Virus record (IMG/VR): IMGVR_UViG_3300017991_000001
Coordinates: 124,001-188,000 of that record
Strand: one strand, 5' to 3'
DNA length: 64,000 bases
The notes beneath the pieces were generated by a model. That model saw nothing but the letters and a program-made list of their open reading frames with translations. It was not told the origin of the DNA and made no database searches. Position numbers and translations under genes: made by a program. This document shows positions 1 to 7,571 of the stretch, piece by piece. Each line of letters starts with the position of its first letter. The first letter of the stretch is position 1.

Positions 1-2
1 AC

Positions 3-533
3 CTGGCCAACGACCGTGTCGAGATCACCAAGCTGGGCTACGCAGGCGGCGGCGAGGAGGAGACCGAGTCCTTCACCACGGTGGTGGGCGACGGCTCCGA
101 GACGGTCTTCGACATCGACGCGGGCTTCAACACGGCCAACGCCAGGGTCTTCGTTTACGACACCATCAGCGGCTCCCAGATCACGGCCTACCAGTTCCAG
201 CTGCAGACGCCCACGACCACCAGCGTGCGGCTGACCTTCAACCCCGCGCCGGCCGCGGGGCAGATCCGGGTCTTCATCTTCAGCCCGAGCACGGCGGAGG
301 GCGAGACCTACGATTCCGGCGACATCGGCAACGGCGCCGACACTGAATTCGTGCTCGATTTGGGCTTCCCGGCGGCCCTGGCGGACATCTACGTTTTCGA
401 TGCGCTTGGCGGAGGACCGATCTTCGGATACTCCTTGCAGCGCGCCACGCCCACCCTGAACAGCATCACGGTGGGGTTTTCCCCTGCTCCGGCTTCGGGG
501 CAGATTCGGCTGTTCGCGTTTGAGCGGTCTTGA
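3..533 (+). CDS. 5'-truncated virion/tail-fibre-associated protein with two ~70-aa GDGxETxFxxDxGF repeat domains
   Basis: Frame open from base 3 (LANDRVEITKLG...) through track ORF 81..533; two copies of G(D/N)G(S/A)(E/D)TxF...TPT...PAPAxGQIR. Confidence 0.6.
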   Translation: MANDRVEITKLGYAGGGEEETESFTTVVGDGSETVFDIDAGFNTANARVFVYDTISGSQITAYQFQLQTPTTTSVRLTFNPAPAAGQIRVFIFSPSTAEGETYDSGDIGNGADTEFVLDLGFPAALADIYVFDALGGGPIFGYSLQRATPTLNSITVGFSPAPASGQIRLFAFERS

Positions 534-581
534 CCGTAAAGATGCGGGCGCCTATCATGAGGCCGGTACGGAGAAGGGCCC

Positions 582-833
582 ATGGCAAAATCTCAAGGTA
601 CGTTTGGGAACGGCGCCGACACGCAATTCGACGTCAACGCGGGCTTCAGCACCGCCGTCGTTTGCGTGCGGCTCTTCGACCTTAACCGGGACGGACTTGA
701 GATCCCGGCTTTCCAGCTGCAAAAGCAGACGCCCACGGCCAACAGTGTAAGGTTCATCTTGACCCCGGCACCGGCGTCAAACTCGATCCAGTACGTGATT
801 ACGGACGGTACGGAACCGCCAGATCCGGCGTGA
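582..833 (+). CDS. Small protein with one copy of the same GNGADTxF repeat domain
   Basis: GNGADTQFDVNAGFSTAVVCVRLFD...TPTANS...PAPA is paralogous to the repeats in 3..533. Confidence 0.6.
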   Translation: MAKSQGTFGNGADTQFDVNAGFSTAVVCVRLFDLNRDGLEIPAFQLQKQTPTANSVRFILTPAPASNSIQYVITDGTEPPDPA

Positions 834-841
834 GGAGGTAG

Positions 842-1774
842 GTGATGGCTGACACTCCGATGTTCAACCCGATTGACATGCAAAACAATCGGATCAAGAA
901 CCTGCCCGCTCCCGTCGACGATGACGATCCGTTGCGCAAGGTCGACCAGTCTTCCGGCCCAACCGGGGTTACGGGGGCCACCGGCGCCTCGGGCGCGGCC
1001 GGTACGGACGGCGTGACAGGCGTGACGGGTGCCACCGGCGCGGCCGGTGTTACGGGCGTGACCGGGGTCTCGGGCGCGGCCGGTACGGACGGTGTCACGG
1101 GTGTGACCGGAGCCACAGGCTCCGCAGGGGCTCAGGGTGTGACCGGCGTGACTGGTGCTACAGGTTCCGCCGGGTCAGCGGGAGCGCAAGGCGTGACCGG
1201 CGTGACCGGTGCCACGGGCTCGGCGGGTGCTGCCGGCGCCACGGGTGTGACCGGTGCGCAAGGCGTGACCGGCGTGACCGGTGCGACCGGTCTTGGCGTG
1301 ACCGGCGTGACCGGGGCCACGGGCTCAGCGGGTTCCGTTGGCGCGACAGGCGCCACCGGGGCCACCGGTGCCACAGGACCGGCCATCAACGCCACGGAGT
1401 CCGCAATCGGTTCGGTTGAGCTGGCTACTGAGGCCGAAGCTAAGGCTGGTGCTACAGGCGCTGGTAGTGTGGGTCCGCTGGCCGTACGCCCCATTCATCT
1501 GATGGTATACCGCGACCCGAACTATGGTACGCTTATCGCCCGCGCAAACCTGACACCGCCGGCCTCAACTCCGTATGCCCGAGGCTCCTACGCTGTCGAA
1601 CTTCAGTCTGAGATCAACGCCGACGATCAGGTGGCCTATGGGGCCTATGATGTAGTGGTTGGCAGTCGGAATAAGAGTACCCTCGGCAGTTACGCCAACG
1701 TCGTTCATGGGCGAGCCAATTCCTGCGAGGGCGGTGACAACTTCGTTTTCGGCACGTCAAACAGCATCGGCTAG
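842..1774 (+). CDS. Collagen-like tail fibre protein
   Basis: RBS GAGGAGG; [14 protein letters not shown] neck motif, long G-X-Y repeat, [20 protein letters not shown] tail-fibre repeat. Confidence 0.75.
   Translation: MMADTPMFNPIDMQNNRIKNLPAPVDDDDPLRKVDQSSGPTGVTGATGASGAAGTDGVTGVTGATGAAGVTGVTGVSGAAGTDGVTGVTGATGSAGAQGVTGVTGATGSAGSAGAQGVTGVTGATGSAGAAGATGVTGAQGVTGVTGATGLGVTGVTGATGSAGSVGATGATGATGATGPAINATESAIGSVELATEAEAKAGATGAGSVGPLAVRPIHLMVYRDPNYGTLIARANLTPPASTPYARGSYAVELQSEINADDQVAYGAYDVVVGSRNKSTLGSYANVVHGRANSCEGGDNFVFGTSNSIG
958..1385 (+). repeat. 9-bp-period collagen-like coding repeat ([12 protein letters not shown] triplets)
   Basis: Tandem degenerate GGCGTGACC/GGTGCCACG units encoding Gly at every third residue. 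Confidence 0.9.
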
Positions 1775-1799
1775 GTCGGGGTTCACTAGGAGATAGATC

Positions 1800-2951
1800 A
1801 TGGTCATCATTTTCGGTTCCGACATGAACACGATTACGGGACGGTCCAACCAAATCCCGGCGGCCGTGAATCGAAACGCAATCTTGAGCTGTTACAACGT
1901 GTACGCAGCCGGCTCGTACAACTTTCTGGCCAACGTATACGGCTATGTCAAGGTCTCCGGGTCCAACAACGTCATTGCCGCGAGCTACACGTCGAACTCG
2001 CTCTACGGCAACGGCAACGTGATCCTGGGCGGACAGCAGTGCTATCAGAGCACGGGCACCTACAGCCAGTACGGCTGCGTGCTGATTGGGGGATACCAAA
2101 ACCGGCTCTATGGCGCGGCAACCGGGCGCGGCTGCGTGGTCTTGGGCGGGTACAACAACAAGGTCCGCAATTACGACAACGCGATCGTCGGCGGCACCAA
2201 CGGCCTCATCAACGAGTCCGGCGCGACGGCCAACGCCGTGCTGGGCGGCGACTATGGCGAGATCAAGCAGGACGCTACGAACAGCGTGGTGCTGGGCGGC
2301 TACAAGAACAAGATCAACGCCTCCGGCGACAACAACGGCATCCTGGCCGGCTACCAGAACCAGACCTATTCCAGTGCGACGCAGTGCGCGGTGGTCGGGG
2401 GCAGCTACAACGTCGCACGCGGTGACGGCTCCGTGGTCCTGGGCGGACAGCAGAACACCGTCGGCGCATCCGGCGACCACTCGGCGATCATGGGTCAGTA
2501 CACGCACACCACGCGTACCGGCGAGGTTGCGCACAACAGTGTCGCCTTCAACGACGCTACCGGTGCCACGGTCTCCGACGACCGCGGCTACCACCGCATA
2601 ACCGGCAACCTGAAGACGGCGGACGCTACCGTAACATCGATCATCGACTTGACCCTGTCGGAGGCTACGGCTTACGCCTTCATGATCACGATCGTGGGCG
2701 TGGAGGACGGGGGCGGCAACCGGGCTTCCTACGTGCGACGTGCCACGGCCTACCGAGACGGCAGTGGTTCAGCCGCTTTGCAAGGCTCCGTTGAGACCAT
2801 CGGCACCGACGTGGAGTCCGACGCGGCCTGGGACGTGACCGTGGACGTGAATTCCAACGACCTCAGGATTCGTGCAACAGGCAAGGCGGCCACCGACATT
2901 AACTGGGTGGCGGTCGTGGAGTGGGCGGCGATTGGCGAGGTGGTCAACTAA
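1800..2951 (+). CDS. Tail fibre/adhesin-like protein with (V/I)(V/L)GGxxN beta-helix repeats
   Basis: RBS AGGAGA; repeated VLGGYNN/IVGGTNG/VLGGQQN units and a beta-rich C-terminal domain. Confidence 0.65.
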   Translation: MVIIFGSDMNTITGRSNQIPAAVNRNAILSCYNVYAAGSYNFLANVYGYVKVSGSNNVIAASYTSNSLYGNGNVILGGQQCYQSTGTYSQYGCVLIGGYQNRLYGAATGRGCVVLGGYNNKVRNYDNAIVGGTNGLINESGATANAVLGGDYGEIKQDATNSVVLGGYKNKINASGDNNGILAGYQNQTYSSATQCAVVGGSYNVARGDGSVVLGGQQNTVGASGDHSAIMGQYTHTTRTGEVAHNSVAFNDATGATVSDDRGYHRITGNLKTADATVTSIIDLTLSEATAYAFMITIVGVEDGGGNRASYVRRATAYRDGSGSAALQGSVETIGTDVESDAAWDVTVDVNSNDLRIRATGKAATDINWVAVVEWAAIGEVVN

Positions 2952-2970
2952 GTCGAAAGCGAGGATTCAA

Positions 2971-3486
2971 ATGCCTATCAGCAAGGAAGAGCGGCTGGCC
3001 AAGCGCAAAGCCAAGCGCGAGTCCCGGAAGAAGGACCGAGAGGCCAAACGCAAGGCACGCCTTGCCGCCAAGGGAGTGGCTGACACCAAGGACGACAGCC
3101 TGTGCACGCAGTGCGGCATCTGCTGCTACCTGTACCTGCCGGGTGAGAACGGGAGGCTTTTCTACACGCCTTTCCTGTGCGGCAATCTCAACCAGGTTAC
3201 GAAGCTCTGCGCCGTGTTCGATCAGCGCCTGAAGGTGTTCAAACCGTGCAACACCGCGGAGAGGGGTGTACGGCGCAAGGTCATGCCCGTTGGCTGCCCG
3301 TACACCGCCGGTGTCAAGGACTACGTCGGTCCCGCCCCGGACTACAACGCTTCACCCGCGGTGAAGGCGCGGGTGGACAAGATCCTGGCTGACGGCCCCA
3401 ACGAGCACGGCCAGTACGTCATCAACGGCGACGCGTACGTGTTGGACACGAACTGGACGCCGACAACCTGCGTTTATCCCACTTGA
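2971..3486 (+). CDS. YkgJ-like Zn/Fe-chelating cysteine-cluster protein with a basic N-terminus
   Basis: CTQCGICC...CGNL...LCAVFDQR...PC...GCPY; ATG 2971 after GAGGA is preferred over the track start at 2872. Confidence 0.65.
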   Translation: MPISKEERLAKRKAKRESRKKDREAKRKARLAAKGVADTKDDSLCTQCGICCYLYLPGENGRLFYTPFLCGNLNQVTKLCAVFDQRLKVFKPCNTAERGVRRKVMPVGCPYTAGVKDYVGPAPDYNASPAVKARVDKILADGPNEHGQYVINGDAYVLDTNWTPTTCVYPT

Positions 3487-3510
3487 GCTGTGACCAGGTC
3501 ATGGTATAGT
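3483..3510 (+). promoter_or_regulatory. Sigma70-like promoter with extended -10
   Basis: TTGAGC-N16-TATAGT with TG one base upstream of the -10, ahead of the sulfotransferase gene. Confidence 0.4.
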
Positions 3511-3551
3511 TCTTCGCCATAATCGAAAACTTCGATGGCGGAGAACAACCC

Positions 3552-4364
3552 ATGCCCACAATCCATTTTCTTGCCGGGCTGCCCCGCAGCGGCTCCACGC
3601 TGCTGATGAACATCCTGGCCCAGAACCCGGACATCCATCCCACGACCACGTCCCCGCTTCCCGAGGCGCTGGTGCGCGCCCGGAACAGCTGGCAGGATAT
3701 CGGGGCGTACAGTGCCAACCCGGACCACCGGGCACGGGACGGAGCGCTCAAGGGGTTGCTGCAGGGGTATTACGCCCACGTCGAGGAACCCGTGGTGATC
3801 GACAAGCACCGCGGGTGGCCGTCCCACATCGAACTGCTCGAACACCTGACGCAGTGCGACGTCAAGATCATTTGCACGGTGCGCTGCATCGTGGACATCC
3901 TTTCGTCGATGGAGAAGCTGTACCGCGCCAACAAGGCGGTGCGACGCCCCGAGGGTGAGGGCCAGGCAGCCGGGCAGTACCTGTCGGTGAAGGGGCGCGC
4001 CAACGTGTGGATGGGCGAAGTCGGGGTGATCGGCTCGGCTTACCTGAACATGCAGGACGCCTGTGCGCGCGGGTACCGGGACCGCCTCCACTTCGTGGAA
4101 TACGGCAACCTGACGAAGTTCCCCGACAAAACCCTCAAGAAGGTCTACAAGTTTCTGGGGATGGAACCCTACGACAGCCATGACTTCGTGAACGTGGAGC
4201 AGACCACGCAGGAGAACGACTACTTCCACGGTTTCGAGGACCTGCACACGATCCGACCCACCGTGGCCCACCAGCACAGCGACGCGACGGAGGTGCTGGG
4301 AGAGGAACTTGTGGCCCTGTACAGCAAGCCCGGCGCCCAGTTCTGGCGTGCTCCGGGCTTCTAA
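3552..4364 (+). CDS. Sulfotransferase-family protein
   Basis: PAPS-binding loop GLPRSGSTLL, DKHRGW, VRCIVDILSS, LHFVEYGNLTKFP. Confidence 0.85.
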   Translation: MPTIHFLAGLPRSGSTLLMNILAQNPDIHPTTTSPLPEALVRARNSWQDIGAYSANPDHRARDGALKGLLQGYYAHVEEPVVIDKHRGWPSHIELLEHLTQCDVKIICTVRCIVDILSSMEKLYRANKAVRRPEGEGQAAGQYLSVKGRANVWMGEVGVIGSAYLNMQDACARGYRDRLHFVEYGNLTKFPDKTLKKVYKFLGMEPYDSHDFVNVEQTTQENDYFHGFEDLHTIRPTVAHQHSDATEVLGEELVALYSKPGAQFWRAPGF

Positions 4365-4378
4365 CTCCAGGGACGATG

Positions 4379-4407
4379 TTTACATGTACCGGCAGTCTCG
4401 GTAGTAT
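4379..4407 (+). promoter_or_regulatory. Sigma70-like promoter
   Basis: TTTACA-N17-TAGTAT in the intergenic gap before ORF 4438. Confidence 0.55.
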
Positions 4408-4437
4408 ACGATTCGGATTCCGTGCCGAGGAACTGCC

Positions 4438-5199
4438 GTGGACGCGTTTGACGCCCGCATAAGACAACGTGCCCTTGAGAAGCGCGCAGCCATTCCCTCC
4501 AGACTGTATGAGATGGCCTCGTCCGGCGATCTGCCGAAGTCGCGTGTCGGTCTGGCGCTCGAAGAGGTGGCGTTGGATCGTACGCAAAAGGCCGTCGACG
4601 AGGGCGTCATCTCGCCCAACCAGGCACGTTCCTTTTACCGGATGCAAATGCTTTCGCTGGGGCGCCATCAGCCCGAACTTGAACAGGCCACCGAGGTACC
4701 CACCATGCGCCTGGGTGAGCAGGCCCCGGTGACGCCCGGTGAATTGGCATGGGCCGGCGGCATGTCCGTGGGTGTTCCCTGGCTGGGGTCTCGAATGCCC
4801 GGCGTGAGCAGCCTGTTCGGCGGCCCCATTAGCACAGGCGAAGCGGCGAAGTGGACAGTTTCTCCAAAGTTCATCGGTTTCTCGGTGCTGGGAGATGTAC
4901 TAGGTTCCGGTCTGGGAGCCTTCTCACAGCCCGGTTACCAGAAAGGCGAACAGGGATACATGTCGGCGGTGGGTTCGGCATTCAAGGAGCATATGCGCGG
5001 TGTCGGCCAGGCCAGTCGCGAGGCTCGTGATCGGTACGGCTTGTTCGGTGTGCCGCTCCAGGCGCTGCACGGTATCTGGAATCCGCTCGCCAGTACGGGC
5101 TACATGCTGAAGAACGTCAAGGACACCGTCTTCGACAAGGCGGGCAGCGCGGCGCTGCGCGCGCAGCACGCCGTGGAGAAAGCACTCAAGGAGGCCTAG
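4438..5199 (+). CDS. Putative virion protein with Gly-rich hydrophobic segments
   Basis: GTG start after GAGGA; LEKRAA motif near the N-terminus; GxxxG-rich core. Confidence 0.55.
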   Translation: MDAFDARIRQRALEKRAAIPSRLYEMASSGDLPKSRVGLALEEVALDRTQKAVDEGVISPNQARSFYRMQMLSLGRHQPELEQATEVPTMRLGEQAPVTPGELAWAGGMSVGVPWLGSRMPGVSSLFGGPISTGEAAKWTVSPKFIGFSVLGDVLGSGLGAFSQPGYQKGEQGYMSAVGSAFKEHMRGVGQASREARDRYGLFGVPLQALHGIWNPLASTGYMLKNVKDTVFDKAGSAALRAQHAVEKALKEA

Positions 5200-5200
5200 G

Positions 5201-5812
5201 ATGCCGTTCAAAAGCGAGGCACAACGACGCAAGTTCTACGCCATGGCCGACCGGGGTGAGATCTCCGACGAGACCGTGGACGAATGGGAGTCGAAAACGA
5301 AGGACAAGGACCTTCCCGAACGGGTTGAAAAGAAGGACGAGAAGAAAGAGAAGAAGGCGGCCCTGGCCCGTATACTGAAGGTGGCCAACGTCATGCTCGA
5401 CACCCGGCACCAGGCGCGTAAGGAGCGCCTGCTGCCCGTCCTCATGCAGAAGACGGCCATCATGCGCACCGCGCTGAAAGCAGTCGGCCGGGCGGCGGCG
5501 AAGAAGAAGCCGATGGCGTTCGGGGAGAGTGCGGAGCAGTTGGGCCTGTCCGTTGGCGACATCCTGGGTATGCGCGGCAAGGGCGGCTACCTGACGCGCC
5601 GCGGAGCCAAGGCCGGTTTGCGTGAAGCCGGCGAGAAGGCCAAGGGCAAGAAACTGAAGAAGCTGTTGATGGAGGAACTGGCGCGACGCCGGCGCATGGT
5701 CGGCTACGGCGCGCTGGGCACCGGCGGCACGGGCGTCGGCTTGCTGGGCTACATGCTGGGCAGTTCCGGCGCGCCCTCGCAGCCTTACCCCGATTACTAT
5801 CCATCTATGTGA
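5201..5812 (+). CDS. Putative head-associated protein with MPFKSEAQRR N-terminal module and C-terminal hydrophobic helix
   Basis: MPFKSEAQRRKFYAMADRGEIS...LPERV; KKAA and QKTA motifs; GYGALGTGGTGVGLLGYMLG. Confidence 0.65.
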   Translation: MPFKSEAQRRKFYAMADRGEISDETVDEWESKTKDKDLPERVEKKDEKKEKKAALARILKVANVMLDTRHQARKERLLPVLMQKTAIMRTALKAVGRAAAKKKPMAFGESAEQLGLSVGDILGMRGKGGYLTRRGAKAGLREAGEKAKGKKLKKLLMEELARRRRMVGYGALGTGGTGVGLLGYMLGSSGAPSQPYPDYYPSM

Positions 5813-5819
5813 GGTAATC

Positions 5820-6218
5820 ATGGGCGACGAGACCAGGGAGAGGATCAACGCCTTCAAGGTCGGCTTTCTGAGAAAGCTGGCCGAGGAGGGCATCACGCCT
5901 GACGAGTTCCACGAGCACGTCAAGCAGGCCTTCGACCCCATGGCGGCGGCGGTCGCCGGGGCCGGGGGCGCTGCGGACGTCGGAACGAAGCTGGTGGGAG
6001 CGGGGGCCGACGTGGGCGGCGCGCTGCTGAAGAACCTGGCGTATGCCGGGGTGTTGGCGCCCATGGCGCTGGGCGGCACGGCCGGCGCGATCGAGGCCCG
6101 CTTGACCAGCCCGTCCGTGGAGGACGTGGAGGCCATGCGCCGCGCCGAACTGGCGGCCAAGTACGAGCAGATGGCCCGCGTGATCAGGCAAAGGCTTAGA
6201 GCCAAGAGAGGCGCTTGA
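5820..6218 (+). CDS. Small Gly/Ala-rich putative virion protein
   Basis: RBS GAGGT; VKQA motif followed by a Gly-zipper-like segment. Confidence 0.6.
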   Translation: MGDETRERINAFKVGFLRKLAEEGITPDEFHEHVKQAFDPMAAAVAGAGGAADVGTKLVGAGADVGGALLKNLAYAGVLAPMALGGTAGAIEARLTSPSVEDVEAMRRAELAAKYEQMARVIRQRLRAKRGA

Positions 6219-6220
6219 GC

Positions 6221-6676
6221 ATGTCTGGCAACAATGGAAACGGGAGCAAGGCGCCCGAGGTCGAACCGGTAGGAGAGGTTTCGGACATCAGCGCCGAGGA
6301 GTCGCAACAGGCCGAGCGGCAAAAGCAGGAAGATCTGGACCCGCAGTTGGTGGACCCGTACGGCATGCACGGCAAGGAGTCCATCCTGCCGGGCTTCGAC
6401 GGCCTGCCTTTCCGGGGCCGCGTGCCGAACCTGAAGGAGACGGACCGGGTTCAGCCACAGGTCGCAGCGCAGGTCCACGTGCACGTGCTGGACCTGTCGA
6501 AGAGCGAGGACATGAAGCTGTACCGGAAGATCTGCCAGGTGGTCGGCAACGGTATGGGACAGATCTCCTTCGAGAAGCACGAGTACGACGAGGACATCAA
6601 GAACTGGCGCGTGTTCATCCGTTGGATGCTTAACTACGCGCACATGCCGTCCGAGTCCGGCAGCCTGTTCATGTGA
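6221..6676 (+). CDS. Hypothetical phage protein
   Basis: Typical codon usage; ATG 6221 preferred over TTG 6215. Confidence 0.6.
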   Translation: MSGNNGNGSKAPEVEPVGEVSDISAEESQQAERQKQEDLDPQLVDPYGMHGKESILPGFDGLPFRGRVPNLKETDRVQPQVAAQVHVHVLDLSKSEDMKLYRKICQVVGNGMGQISFEKHEYDEDIKNWRVFIRWMLNYAHMPSESGSLFM

Positions 6677-6684
6677 GGTGAGCT

Positions 6685-7557
6685 ATGGGTGAATTCGCGA
6701 AACGGGCCGCCGAGGTCCTGGAGCCGTGGGAGCTGGAGCTGGAGCGCCAGCAGAAGAAGCTCTACAAGAAGATCCCGTCCTCCAAGGAAGAGGCCACCAC
6801 TTCGGCGATCAACCGCATCAACGAGCTGCGCCAGAAGAGCTACATGGCCGGCTACCTGATGAGGCATCTGCGTAGCGAGGAAGAGGAAACCAAGCGCCTG
6901 CTGCCGGAGGACTCGGTGGGCGTGCCCGGCAGGGAGATCTCCCTGGCGCTCCCTGAGAAGAAGGCTGGTGCGCTGGACGCGTTGACGCGCCCGCTGCGCG
7001 AGACGGCCGAAGACCTCAAGATGCACGCCTCCCAACGCATCGACGAGGAGAAGGAACGGCTCACACGCACCACGTCCGATCCCGGCACGCTGCCCTGGTA
7101 CTACCCCATGATGGCGCTGACCGCCCCCAACGCCTTCGCCGAGGGGTTCCGCAAGGCGGAGAAGGACATCGACGCCGAGGAGCTGGCCCGCATCAACGAG
7201 CGGCTCGTCAAAGCCAAGGCCGAGTTCGAGAAGGCGCTCGAGGAGGAGTACAGCCAGTCGGGCAGCTTGAAGGTCAGCAGCGCCCGGCCTCAAAGCGCCG
7301 GCGAGATGATCGACGGGCTGGCGCAGATGCATGTCAAGTGCGCCGAGGGTGAGCTCAACCAGATCCTGGGCACCTACCTGGCGCTGGCCGCGCTGCTGGG
7401 TCAGGGCGCGCACATGACGGCCAAGGAATGGGCCGAGAAGCGCGACCCGAAGAGACAGAAGCTGAAACTCGTGCGCGAGGCCGTGCGCCAGCGCATGCGT
7501 TCGTACATGCCACCCATCCGGGTGGAGGCCGGGGAACCTGGACTGGCCATAAGCTGA
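6685..7557 (+). CDS. Helical putative virion protein
   Basis: RBS GAGGTG; AKRAA, EKKA, VKCA motifs; coiled-coil character. Confidence 0.6.
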   Translation: MGEFAKRAAEVLEPWELELERQQKKLYKKIPSSKEEATTSAINRINELRQKSYMAGYLMRHLRSEEEETKRLLPEDSVGVPGREISLALPEKKAGALDALTRPLRETAEDLKMHASQRIDEEKERLTRTTSDPGTLPWYYPMMALTAPNAFAEGFRKAEKDIDAEELARINERLVKAKAEFEKALEEEYSQSGSLKVSSARPQSAGEMIDGLAQMHVKCAEGELNQILGTYLALAALLGQGAHMTAKEWAEKRDPKRQKLKLVREAVRQRMRSYMPPIRVEAGEPGLAIS

Positions 7558-7571
7558 CACGGGGTCCTCAC

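Noticed and set aside
958-1385. Repeat array as a possible CRISPR
   Set aside because: Period is 9 bp, in frame, encoding collagen-like G-X-Y; no unique spacers and no cas genes
1772-1796. Amber-codon reassignment suggested by clustered TAG triplets
   Set aside because: The downstream ORF is in another frame and has its own RBS; TAG ends several genes cleanly and long ORFs are uninterrupted under the standard code
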